Positions 8,794 through 17,349 of a DNA stretch of 64,000 nt are shown here, in pieces. The notes beneath the pieces are model-generated. The model was not told the DNA's origin and did no database searches. It worked only from the letters and a program-made list of their open reading frames with translations. Positions within the stretch are counted from its first letter, which is position 1, and each line of letters starts with the position of its first letter. A program made the translations under genes and the position numbers. Source of the stretch: an uncultured Pseudomonadota bacterium (GTDB lineage: Bacteria > Pseudomonadota > Alphaproteobacteria > Rs-D84); assembly GCA_902793005.1 (NCBI GenBank), contig CADBBQ010000002.1, positions 33,501 to 97,500 on the forward strand, in the 5' to 3' direction.

Positions 8794-10443
8794 GTGACCG
8801 AATATGATGTGATTGTTATTGGTGGGGGACACGCCGGGGTGGATGCCGCGGCGGCCGCTGCGCGTCGTGGGGCACGGACACTGTTGTTAACAATGCGGGA
8901 ATCAGACATTGGCGCGATGTCTTGCAATCCATCAATCGGGGGACCGGGAAAATCACAAATGGTGGCCGAGTTGGCGGCATTGGGTGGCGTTATGCCACGG
9001 GCGGCGGACGCGTCCGGAATACATTTTCGTATGCTAAACGCATCGCACGGCGCGGCAACACGCGCATTACGGGCGCAAATTGACCGCGATTTATATCATA
9101 CGGCGGTAATGAAAATTTTAGACAACACTCCAAACTTAACCGTGGTTTTTGAAAAGGTTTTTGATTTGGATTTGCAAAAAAAGACCGTAAACAATGCATA
9201 CAGCGCGCGCGCAATCATTTTAACCACTGGAACATTTATGCACGGTTTGGTGACGCGCGGCGCGGAAAAAATCCCATCTGGGCGTTTAATGGATAATGGC
9301 GAATACCAAGAAAACGACACACTTATTTCCGGTGTTTTGCGCGCAAGCGGTTTTGATTTAATGAGGCTAAAAACCGGTACGCCGGCCCGAATTTATCGCG
9401 ACTCTATTGATTTTTCAAATTTAGAGGAACAACCGGGCGACACACCACACGATTGGTTTATGTTTGGGGATGAAAATAACAATTATAATGAAAAATGCTA
9501 TATCACGCACACAACGGGCGCGACGCACGACATTATTCGCAAAAACATAGAATCTGCGCCGATGTATAACGGTGATATTCGTGGCACCGGGCCGCGCTAT
9601 TGCCCCAGTTTGGAAGACAAGGTTATGCGTTTTCCCGAACATACTTCGCACCACGTGTTTTTAGAACCCGAGGGGTTAAACAGCGATTTAATTTATCCAA
9701 ACGGCATTTCAACTTCGTTTGGCGCGGATATCCAAGATAAGTGGATTCGCACAATACCGGGCCTGGTAAACGCGCGCATTGCGCGGTACGGATATGCGAT
9801 TGAATATGACGCGATTGATGCGCGGGCATTAAAATCCACATTGGAATCCAAAGATGTTGCAGGTCTCTTTTTTGCGGGTCAAATCAATGGCACATCGGGT
9901 TATGAAGAGGCCGCCGCCCAAGGCATAGTTGCGGGTGCAAATGCCGCCGCATATGCATTGAATCTGGGGAAATTGGTGTTAGACCGAACAAATTCTATGA
10001 TTGGGGTTTTAATCGACGATATAACAACATTGGGCGTGGATGAACCGTATCGTATGTTCACATCACGCGCGGAATATAGGCTGTCCTTGCGTGCCGACAA
10101 TGCGGTTGCGCGTCTTGGGCAAACCGGTGTTGATTTGGGTCTGATATCGCAAAGTGATTTTGAAAAATTATACGCTGTGCACGCCGACGAAATCCGTGAA
10201 AATGACAAAATGTATGCCGGATACATCGAACGCAACGCGCGGGAAATGGCGGCGGCGCGGCGCGATATGGATATAAAAATTCCCAATAATATGGATTATT
10301 CAGGTATGCCGGGACTGACCAACGAATTGATTGAAAAACTGACACGCACGCGGCCGGAAAACATCGCGGCATTGTCGCGCATCCCCGGTATGACCCCCGC
10401 CGGCATAATGGTTGTATTAAGAAAGATTAAATCAAATAAATAA
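8794..10443 (+). CDS. mnmG: tRNA uridine 5-carboxymethylaminomethyl modification enzyme MnmG/GidA
   Basis: GTG start. [13 protein letters not shown] motif and GidA-like sequence throughout. Confidence 0.9.
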   Translation: MTEYDVIVIGGGHAGVDAAAAAARRGARTLLLTMRESDIGAMSCNPSIGGPGKSQMVAELAALGGVMPRAADASGIHFRMLNASHGAATRALRAQIDRDLYHTAVMKILDNTPNLTVVFEKVFDLDLQKKTVNNAYSARAIILTTGTFMHGLVTRGAEKIPSGRLMDNGEYQENDTLISGVLRASGFDLMRLKTGTPARIYRDSIDFSNLEEQPGDTPHDWFMFGDENNNYNEKCYITHTTGATHDIIRKNIESAPMYNGDIRGTGPRYCPSLEDKVMRFPEHTSHHVFLEPEGLNSDLIYPNGISTSFGADIQDKWIRTIPGLVNARIARYGYAIEYDAIDARALKSTLESKDVAGLFFAGQINGTSGYEEAAAQGIVAGANAAAYALNLGKLVLDRTNSMIGVLIDDITTLGVDEPYRMFTSRAEYRLSLRADNAVARLGQTGVDLGLISQSDFEKLYAVHADEIRENDKMYAGYIERNAREMAAARRDMDIKIPNNMDYSGMPGLTNELIEKLTRTRPENIAALSRIPGMTPAGIMVVLRKIKSNK

Positions 10444-10444
10444 C

Positions 10445-10473
10445 TTGAAAAATCGCGTGCGGTCGGTTATGAT
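10445..10473 (+). promoter_or_regulatory. Sigma70-like promoter for tRNA-Thr (TTGAAA-17-TATGAT)
   Basis: Hexamers at 10445-10450 and 10468-10473, 10 nt upstream of the tRNA. Confidence 0.45.
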
Positions 10474-10483
10474 ACGCGCATAC

Positions 10484-10559
10484 GCCGGAATAGCTCAGCT
10501 GGTAGAGCATCTCATTCGTAATGAGGGGGTCGCAGGTTCAAGTCCTGTTTCCGGCACCA
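10484..10559 (+). tRNA. tRNA-Thr (anticodon CGU), CCA encoded
   Basis: Acceptor GCCGGAA/TTCCGGC, anticodon loop TTCGTAA, T-loop TTCAAGT. Length 76 nt. Confidence 0.9.
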
Positions 10560-10630
10560 CCATTCGCCCTGCGGGCTACGGGTGGCAAGCCAACCTTTGC
10601 GTCTGTGGTGCTTGCGTCGTGGCAAGCCAC
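10560..10630 (+). repeat. Conserved ~71-nt tRNA-trailer element
   Basis: By-eye alignment shows it is mostly identical to the reverse complement of 58040-58111. Contains GCCC-NNN-GGGC and GCTTGC-N6-GCAAGC hairpins. Confidence 0.8.
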
Positions 10631-10640
10631 AAAAAATTTT

Positions 10641-10672
10641 ACCCCACACTTTGTTGTGTGGGGTTTATTTTT
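10641..10672. terminator. Bidirectional intrinsic terminator (ACCCCACAC/GTGTGGGGT)
   Basis: 9-bp stem flanked by an A-run and a T-run, between the tRNA-Thr trailer and the 3-prime end of the dinD-like gene. Confidence 0.7.
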
Positions 10673-10689
10673 TATATGTCGCGTTATTC

Positions 10690-11535
10690 TTATTTTTTAT
10701 TAAATCCTGGGGCCTCTTTTGCTAATTTTTTATCAGCACTTTTGACTCTGCGTTCAAGTTTTTTTATATCTTCTGCCGGGGGCAAAATCTCTGGTTTGAT
10801 TCCGCGATTAGCCAGCATTCCACGAACAGCCATATTGTTTTGTATATGTTCGTTTGTTATTGGTCGTTCGCCATATAAATCACTAGCACGCACATTGTGG
10901 TTTGTCATTTCTGTGGCCAAATTTTTAGCAGCAATAACAACCGTCGGCATAAAATCTGCAAGAGGTCTGTATTCTGGCGAACCGTATTTACGTTTCATTT
11001 CCAATGTGTTTTTACCACCAAACAATGCCATATCGCCCTTTGAACGAATTCTGGCAAAACCAGCGTCATCCACACCGCGTTCATATATTAATTTTGATAA
11101 TTCTGTTTCTGATGCAGTTAATTTAGCCCTAGCCTCCATACGTTCTGCCAAGGCAAGCCGTTCTTCAAGCACTTCTTGTTTGCGGGTTTGGATTGCAAAA
11201 TACGTTTGCGCAAAGGCAATTTCTTCTTTCCTGGGGTCTCCGTTTTGAGCAATTAAATAACAAGCATAACGAGTCAAAACAACATCTTCTATTGCTCTTT
11301 CAGAACCAGAACCTAACTTGACCATTTTGCTGACGTCAGCAAAATGGTTTTCCACTTGGATGCCGCTGTTTTGGCAAGATAATTTTGCTTTTTCTATAAT
11401 CTCATAAAAATTACGCCATTGAACGTATCCTAATAATATTTGCAATTCACGCGCAGACCAGCATTCAACACCTTGGTATTCAAATGCCGCGTCTTCAAAT
11501 TTTTTGTTTAAAAAGCTTACCAAACTTCTATCCAT
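10690..11535 (-). CDS. DNA-damage-inducible protein D (DinD)-like, with a KilA-N/Bro-N-type N-terminus
   Basis: The sequence pattern WSARELQ..LGY..W..F, the central coiled region and the C-terminal ...RGIKPE resemble the DinD family. Confidence 0.75.
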   Translation of the reverse strand: MDRSLVSFLNKKFEDAAFEYQGVECWSARELQILLGYVQWRNFYEIIEKAKLSCQNSGIQVENHFADVSKMVKLGSGSERAIEDVVLTRYACYLIAQNGDPRKEEIAFAQTYFAIQTRKQEVLEERLALAERMEARAKLTASETELSKLIYERGVDDAGFARIRSKGDMALFGGKNTLEMKRKYGSPEYRPLADFMPTVVIAAKNLATEMTNHNVRASDLYGERPITNEHIQNNMAVRGMLANRGIKPEILPPAEDIKKLERRVKSADKKLAKEAPGFNKK

Positions 11536-11589
11536 ATTTACACCTTTCTATAAGATATATGCGACAAAAGACGATTCTGTGCAAGATTT

Positions 11590-11706
11590 TTATACACACC
11601 CCAATAATTTTTCTAAACCAGAATCATTTAGTAATATAACATTGGCGGCTTCGGCGGCAAAACGCAAAAATTTGTTTATAAAAAACCATTGGGGTCCTGT
11701 TTCCAT
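11590..11706 (-). CDS. Possible 38-aa small ORF (METGPQWFFINKFLRF...)
   Basis: ATG preceded by AAAGGAG at good spacing. Absent from the ORF track because it is shorter than 60 aa. No homology evidence. Confidence 0.25.
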   Translation of the reverse strand: METGPQWFFINKFLRFAAEAANVILLNDSGLEKLLGCV

Positions 11707-11727
11707 TTTTCTCCTTTACATAAAAAA

Positions 11728-12123
11728 TTAAAAATAGCAAAATTCCGGGATTGCAGTATAATAGCTACAGCATTTTTCAATTCCAGAAATTTGCACAAAG
11801 CCATTTGTACGAGGAATATACGTAAAACAACCGTGTGAATATTCTGGCATATTATCAAAAGCCAAATTAGGGTTGTAAAGATGGTTTTTAAACTTAACTC
11901 TACATATCGGAGTGCCATACCGTTTGTCTATAAGGCCTGTATTTTTAACTTCTGCAACAAAATTTTTTATAATGTATTTTAAACTATAGTTACGCATATC
12001 AATGTCGTTGTACATTTCTATGTGGTATGCAATATAAAACTCTGCCGCTTTTTCTGGAGAACATGGATCATCACACCCTGTTAACCCCACCACCATTAAA
12101 AACAAATAAAAAAACTTTCTCAT
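11728..12123 (-). CDS. Putative lipoprotein
   Basis: MRKFFYLFLMVVGLTGC signal peptide with lipobox. The ATG at 12123 lies inside track ORF 11728..12147. Confidence 0.6.
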   Translation of the reverse strand: MRKFFYLFLMVVGLTGCDDPCSPEKAAEFYIAYHIEMYNDIDMRNYSLKYIIKNFVAEVKNTGLIDKRYGTPICRVKFKNHLYNPNLAFDNMPEYSHGCFTYIPRTNGFVQISGIEKCCSYYTAIPEFCYF

Positions 12124-12222
12124 TTTTTCTCCTTTATTAAATATCACCGATTAATAGGTAACAAATACCGTGTATCTTGTAAGTAACAAAACAAGAAAAA
12201 TAGCAACAACAACCCATCCATT

Positions 12223-12498
12223 TTATTCATCGTATTCTGCATAAGGTGAACCTATGGCGCGTTCTTTGCCATAAAACACTTCTAATGCTTTAACATGCGC
12301 CTCTGTTATAAGTGCTTTTAATCCTAAAATATCCAACACAACCGCTGGAATAAAGATTAGTAGACCAAAAGTATATTGGGCATAATCATAACCGGCTGTA
12401 GTTACTAAAAATCCAGCCAAAGCGCCTATAAAAAAGGAAATAATAAACCACACATACCACTGTATTGGTTCCGTAATATTATTTTGTCTTTTTGCCAT
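12223..12498 (-). CDS. Small membrane protein with two TM segments (91 aa)
   Basis: The ATG at 12498 follows GGAGGA. The upstream extension of the track ORF would run through a terminator hairpin. Confidence 0.6.
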   Translation of the reverse strand: MAKRQNNITEPIQWYVWFIISFFIGALAGFLVTTAGYDYAQYTFGLLIFIPAVVLDILGLKALITEAHVKALEVFYGKERAIGSPYAEYDE

Positions 12499-12519
12499 GT
12501 TTTCCTCCATTCGTTCAAC

Positions 12520-12712
12520 ACAAAAACAAAAAACGCTCGTTGAAAAGCGAGCGGTTGGAGGTTCAGAACTATTGTAAGGTATAGTGTGTTTATTTTGCCA
12601 AAAAACGGCATTATTCACAGCCCTCCAACCACAATAGTTGGAGGATTTTACGTCCCCTCAGGACGCCTTACCCAGAGTTCTGACACTCAACAACGAAACA
12701 CCCGTTGTCGAT
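12520..12712 (-). ncRNA. Structured leader RNA, copy A: multi-helix junction, triple CUCCAACC/GGUUGGAG motif and an intrinsic terminator
   Basis: Long-range helices pair 12563-12570 with 12676-12683 and 12574-12579 with 12666-12671. Hairpins at 12622-12644 and 12651-12665. Terminator CGCUCG/CGAGCG plus a U-tract at 12520-12553. A paralogous architecture lies at 61299-61480. Confidence 0.55.
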
Positions 12713-12716
12713 TCCT

Positions 12717-12745
12717 ATTTTATCAAAAAAAATGATTATTTCCAA
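12717..12745 (-). promoter_or_regulatory. Sigma70-like promoter for leader RNA A (TTGGAA-17-TAAAAT)
   Basis: Hexamers read on the minus strand at 12745-12740 and 12722-12717. Confidence 0.4.
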
Positions 12746-12750
12746 TAAAT

Positions 12751-12781
12751 AAAAATCCCGGTGGGGCCGGGGTTTATTTTT
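12751..12781. terminator. Intrinsic terminator hairpin (CCCGG/CCGGG) flanked by A and T runs
   Basis: Immediately downstream of the stop of minus-strand ORF 12774..13070. Confidence 0.55.
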
Positions 12782-13070
12782 GTTTTCCGGTATATTTTTT
12801 TAATCTTTGTTCGGCGTTGGCCTTGGCAGATATATATGCATCCATTGGCATTTGCGCAATACGATACACATTTGAATCATATGCATCCGGGAAACATTCA
12901 AAAAACGAACGCGATGAATTATGCGATACTTTTCGCGCATCACAAATACTGCGCATTGGGACAACAATCCACGACGACAAAAACGCCAATACGGACACAC
13001 CCAATGTTTTCCCAGATATTAATAAAAAGTTTTCTATTTTTATTTGTTGCAGATTTTTATCTTTATTCAT
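12774..13070 (-). CDS. Hypothetical small membrane protein
   Basis: 98-aa ORF with one hydrophobic segment, followed by a terminator. No family recognised. Confidence 0.4.
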   Translation of the reverse strand: MNKDKNLQQIKIENFLLISGKTLGVSVLAFLSSWIVVPMRSICDARKVSHNSSRSFFECFPDAYDSNVYRIAQMPMDAYISAKANAEQRLKKYTGKQK

Positions 13071-13173
13071 ATTTTTGCCTTAGATTTCTTTAACAATAGC
13101 AATTTTTTGTATGATGTCAATTTTTTATAAAAAAAACTGGAAATAGGCAAAAACATATACTAATATTTGAATT

Positions 13174-13206
13174 ATGAACAAAAAAGAAATAATTATTATT
13201 AAATAA
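13174..13206 (+). CDS. Candidate ileS leader peptide MNKKEIIIIK (four consecutive Ile codons)
   Basis: Reads ATG AAC AAA AAA GAA ATA ATT ATT ATT AAA TAA. Lies 27 nt upstream of a terminator hairpin and 73 nt upstream of ileS. No SD, but TAATAT sits 7 nt upstream of the ATG, so it may be leaderless. Confidence 0.4.
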   Translation: MNKKEIIIIK

Positions 13207-13232
13207 TTGGCTCTGCGCTTTGGCGTATGGCC

Positions 13233-13255
13233 CGGGCGCGTATGCGCCCGTTTTT
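13233..13255 (+). terminator. Intrinsic terminator/attenuator hairpin CGGGCGC-GTAT-GCGCCCG followed by TTTTT
   Basis: 7-bp GC stem plus a T-run, ending 24 nt before the ileS ATG. Confidence 0.6.
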
Positions 13256-13278
13256 AATATAACTAAAAGGTATAAAAA

Positions 13279-16200
13279 ATGGCATATCCAAAAACCGAAC
13301 CCAAGGCTGACTTTACTGCAATCGAACATAAAGTTATGGAATTTTGGCGTGATGATGACACATTTCATAAATCTTTGAATAAAACAAAATTGGGACATCC
13401 GTTTTCTTTCTATGACGGGCCACCGTTTGCAAATGGTTTGCCGCACTGGGGGCACCTTGGGGTATCTGCGGTCAAAGATATGGTGTCGCGTTTCCACACT
13501 ATGCGTGGGGAATATGTTGAACGCGCGTTGGGTTGGGATTGCCACGGATTGCCGGCCGAAAATTCGGTTGAAAAAAAGCAAGGTCGCAGTGCCAAAGATA
13601 TTGTGGCATCGGACGGTATTGCGCATTTTTGTGATTTATGCGGGCGGGATGTTATGACATATTCGAACGAGTGGCTGCGTTATTTCGAACGTATGGGGCG
13701 TTGGGTTGATGGTGGCGATGATTTTGGTTATCGCACAATGGATAAAAATTTTATGGAATCTGTGATTTGGTGTTTGAAACAATTATATGACAAAGGTTTA
13801 TTATATAAAGATTTCAAAGTTAATCCATACGACTGGAAATTGGGAACGGTTCTGTCTAATTCCGAGGCGTCAAGTGAATACCAAGATATTGTCGATGATA
13901 CGGTGACGGTTTGGTTCGAACTGGAAAATGGCGACCGCGCGATTGCGTGGACAACAACACCGTGGACATTGCCGGCGAATTCTGCGTTGGCGGTGAATAA
14001 AAAAATGAAATATGTGCGCCTGCGCCACGATGATGGGCATATCTATGTTTTGGCAGAATCGCGCGTCAAAGCATATGAAAAGATTTTTGCAAATTCAGAA
14101 AATTTGGGAACGGTGATGGGTGCCGATTTGGTGGGAATGCACTATACGCCGATTTTCCCGTACTATACCGATTTGGCGACGGCGGGACACGGGCTGTACA
14201 CTGTGATTTCGGGCGATTATGTGTCCGATTCTGACGGTACCGGTATCGTGCATATTGCGCCAGCGTATGGTGAAGATGACTATATCGTTGCCAAGGCAAT
14301 CGACCCGCAATTCCCGATTATTTTAAATGTTGATGATTATGGTAATTTCGACAATACCGTCACAGAATGGGCGGGCGAAAATATTTTTGTCGCAAACCCA
14401 AAAATTATCGATTGGTTGCGCCAAACAGGTCGCTTGGTTCAAAAATCACAACACAAACACAGTTATCCGTTTGGCCCACGCAGCCACGAAAAACTGATTT
14501 ATCGTGCAACGGATTCGTGGTATATTGATGTGCCAAAGATTCGTGCGCGCTTGGTTGAAATAACAAAAAATGACACAACATGGACATCGGCCGGTAATCG
14601 GTTTATGTCGTGGATTGAAAACGCGCGTCCGTGGGGAATTTCACGCAATCGATTCTGGGGCGTGCCTTTGCCGATTTGGGAAAGAAATGGCGAGTATAAA
14701 ATATTTGGTTCTATCGCCGAATTGGAAGAATTTTTTGGCGTAAAAATCAATGATTTGCATCGCCCAACATTGGACAGGTTGGAACGCGACGGTTGGCACC
14801 GCATAACCGATGTTTTGGATTGCTGGGTGGAATCGGGTTCTATGCCGTTTGCGTCATTGCATTATCCGTTTGAGAATAAAGATTTGTTCGAAAAAACTTT
14901 CCCGGCGGATTATATTATCGAAGGCCAAGACCAAACACGCGGTTGGTTCTATGCGTTGATGGTGATTGCGGTTGCGTTGTTCGACAAACCTGCGTTCCGT
15001 GTTGTATCGGCAAACGGTATGATTGTTGATGAAAATAAACGCAAGTTTTCAAAATCATTGCATAACTTTGTTGACCCGACCGAGCAAATCGAAACATACG
15101 GTGCGGACGCAATTCGTTTGTTTATCTTGGGCAGTAATTTTATGAAGGCCGAACCCGTCAGTGTTGATAAAGAGGGCCGCGTGTTTAATGATACAATTAA
15201 AACAATATTAACACCGTTGTGGAACGCGTATCATTTTTGGACACTGTATGCAAACGCCGGAAATATTACGGCGGTGGCGGATGCGATATCAACAAATCCA
15301 CTGGATAAATACATTGTTGCCGAATTGAACGAAGTTATTCGCATAACAACAAACGCGTTGGATGAATATAAACCTGATATTGCCGTCAAAGAATTTGTTC
15401 GATTCTTGGATGTGTTAAACAATTGGTATATTCGTCGCGGACGCGCGCGTTTCTGGGACGAAGAACAAGACGCGTTTAACACACTGTATTATGTGTTGAC
15501 GGAATTTTGCAAGATATTGGCACCGTTCGCACCGTTTATTTCCGAACACATCTATAAAAATTTAACTGGTGCGGAATCGGTGCATTTGGCGGATTGGCCG
15601 GTGGCACAAGATATTGACCGCACTATTGTCAATGATATGCGCCGCGTGCAATCAATTGTGTCGGTTGGAAAACAGTTGCGCGAACAATATAAATTGCGTA
15701 ATCGTTTGCCATTAAAATCTGTGACAATTGCCGGGGCTGACGCACAACAATATGCAGATATTATTCGTGATGAATTAAATGTCAAAGATGTGAATTTCAT
15801 CAAAGATATTAAATCTGTGGCGGATTCATTTGTGTATTTAATCACACCGAAAATAGGTGCGCGCCTGGGTGCGGCGTTGCGTGAAATTGTGCCGGCCGTG
15901 AAACAGGGCAATTACAAAATCGATGGCGAAAAATTAGTTGTCGGCGAATATACATTGAACGCGGATGAATTTGAAAATCGTCTGACGGTGCGTGATGGTG
16001 TCACCGGTGCGGCGTTGCCGGACAATACAACCGTTGTTGTGTTGGATACCGAAATCACACCTGAATTGGTGCAAGAGGGTCTGGCAAATGACGCGTTGCG
16101 CTTTATCCAAGATTCACGCAAAAGCGCCGGCCTGGATGTGTCGGACAGAATAAAAATGGTCTATTCGGGTGATGATGAAATCGTTGCGGCGGTGGATGTG

Positions 16201-16317
16201 CATAACGCCCGCATTAAAAACGACGCGTTGATTGTTGAATTGGCGCGTGGTGCGGCCGCACAATTTACAACCGAAATCGAAGGTCATCCATTCGCAATAG
16301 ATATCAAAAAAGCATAA
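13279..16317 (+). CDS. ileS: Isoleucyl-tRNA synthetase, type 2 (eukaryote-like)
   Basis: YDGPPFANGLPHWGH (HIGH region), KFSKS, and 1012 aa length. Confidence 0.95.
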   Translation: MAYPKTEPKADFTAIEHKVMEFWRDDDTFHKSLNKTKLGHPFSFYDGPPFANGLPHWGHLGVSAVKDMVSRFHTMRGEYVERALGWDCHGLPAENSVEKKQGRSAKDIVASDGIAHFCDLCGRDVMTYSNEWLRYFERMGRWVDGGDDFGYRTMDKNFMESVIWCLKQLYDKGLLYKDFKVNPYDWKLGTVLSNSEASSEYQDIVDDTVTVWFELENGDRAIAWTTTPWTLPANSALAVNKKMKYVRLRHDDGHIYVLAESRVKAYEKIFANSENLGTVMGADLVGMHYTPIFPYYTDLATAGHGLYTVISGDYVSDSDGTGIVHIAPAYGEDDYIVAKAIDPQFPIILNVDDYGNFDNTVTEWAGENIFVANPKIIDWLRQTGRLVQKSQHKHSYPFGPRSHEKLIYRATDSWYIDVPKIRARLVEITKNDTTWTSAGNRFMSWIENARPWGISRNRFWGVPLPIWERNGEYKIFGSIAELEEFFGVKINDLHRPTLDRLERDGWHRITDVLDCWVESGSMPFASLHYPFENKDLFEKTFPADYIIEGQDQTRGWFYALMVIAVALFDKPAFRVVSANGMIVDENKRKFSKSLHNFVDPTEQIETYGADAIRLFILGSNFMKAEPVSVDKEGRVFNDTIKTILTPLWNAYHFWTLYANAGNITAVADAISTNPLDKYIVAELNEVIRITTNALDEYKPDIAVKEFVRFLDVLNNWYIRRGRARFWDEEQDAFNTLYYVLTEFCKILAPFAPFISEHIYKNLTGAESVHLADWPVAQDIDRTIVNDMRRVQSIVSVGKQLREQYKLRNRLPLKSVTIAGADAQQYADIIRDELNVKDVNFIKDIKSVADSFVYLITPKIGARLGAALREIVPAVKQGNYKIDGEKLVVGEYTLNADEFENRLTVRDGVTGAALPDNTTVVVLDTEITPELVQEGLANDALRFIQDSRKSAGLDVSDRIKMVYSGDDEIVAAVDVHNARIKNDALIVELARGAAAQFTTEIEGHPFAIDIKKA

Positions 16318-16331
16318 AAAAGGAGAGAGAA

Positions 16332-16646
16332 ATGCCAAAGAAAAAACAAGATAAATCAAATTTGCTTTGGTGGATTGTTGGTGCGATTGTTTTAATTGTT
16401 GTTGCAACAATTATATTCAGTCGCAAAAGCGGCGTTGATATTGGTGCAGTCGGTGATGTTGTATATAAAACATCGTCTGAGTGTCGTGTCTTAGATTCAA
16501 CAAAAATTCAATGCAATTGTGATGTTGTTATTGGTGGCGATACCGAACATCATAATTTCAGCAATACTATAAATGCGACATCGTGTGATAATGATATATG
16601 CGCGAATTTATGCACAAATTATGCTGATGAATTGGTGAATAAATAA
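16332..16646 (+). CDS. Small membrane-anchored Cys-rich protein
   Basis: Strong AGGAGAG SD, an N-terminal TM segment and a Cys-rich C-terminal part. Confidence 0.55.
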   Translation: MPKKKQDKSNLLWWIVGAIVLIVVATIIFSRKSGVDIGAVGDVVYKTSSECRVLDSTKIQCNCDVVIGGDTEHHNFSNTINATSCDNDICANLCTNYADELVNK

Positions 16647-17297
16647 ATGATAACACCGCAAAAGTTTTTTGAAATCGTTCCGCAAAATATCAATATGGAT
16701 ATTCGGTCGGAACTGTATTCGATAAACGAATTTACTTTTGCGGTGGCGGTAATACTGTCTGCCCAGGCAACCGATAAAAAAGTGAACGAGGTCACACCGG
16801 AATTATTCCGTGTTGCACCAACGCCCCGTAAAATGTTAGAACTGGGGATTGACGGGTTAAAGCAACACATACGGGTTATTTCTTTTTTTAATAACAAAGC
16901 AACCAATATTATTAAATTGGCAGAAATATTGGCAGACGGGCAGGGCGATAATTGGAAATTTCCGGACAAATATCACAATCGCGATGCATTGATTAAATTA
17001 CCCGGGGTTGGTCAAAAGACCGCAAATGTTATAACAAATGTTTTGTGGGGCGCGCCAAACATCGGGGTTGATACGCACGTGTTTCGATTGGCTCATCGGT
17101 ATGGATGGGTTGGGACGGCGGACAATACGCCCGACAAAGTCGAAGAAAAATTACGCAAAAAAATACCCACAAAATATCACGCAATAGTTAACCACGTAAT
17201 GGTTTTATTTGGGCGATATACTTGCACGGCACTGCGCCCAAAGTGCGAAAAGTGCCCATTGTTTGATATTTGCAACGCAGCAGATAAAAAGATATAA
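16647..17297 (+). CDS. nth: Endonuclease III
   Basis: HhH motif LPGVGQKTANV and a C-terminal Cys cluster, CTALRPKCEKCPLFDIC. Confidence 0.9.
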   Translation: MITPQKFFEIVPQNINMDIRSELYSINEFTFAVAVILSAQATDKKVNEVTPELFRVAPTPRKMLELGIDGLKQHIRVISFFNNKATNIIKLAEILADGQGDNWKFPDKYHNRDALIKLPGVGQKTANVITNVLWGAPNIGVDTHVFRLAHRYGWVGTADNTPDKVEEKLRKKIPTKYHAIVNHVMVLFGRYTCTALRPKCEKCPLFDICNAADKKI

Positions 17298-17305
17298 AAA
17301 AAAAC

Positions 17306-17334
17306 ACACCACGGAAATCCGTGGTGTATTTTTA
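17306..17334. terminator. Bidirectional intrinsic terminator (ACACCACGG/CCGTGGTGT)
   Basis: 9-bp stem with flanking A and T runs, between the convergent genes nth and pheT. Confidence 0.75.
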
Positions 17335-17349
17335 ATATTTTGATTTATT

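Noticed and set aside
10445-11248. 267-aa plus-strand ORF in the track
   Set aside because: It starts at a non-ATG codon, reads straight through tRNA-Thr and its trailer repeat, and is antisense to a well-supported DinD-like gene. The composition looks like antisense translation.
12499-12618. N-terminal extension of track ORF 12223..12618
   Set aside because: The extension would be translated through the terminator hairpin and U-tract of leader RNA A. It starts at GTG without an SD, whereas the ATG at 12498 has a GGAGGA SD.
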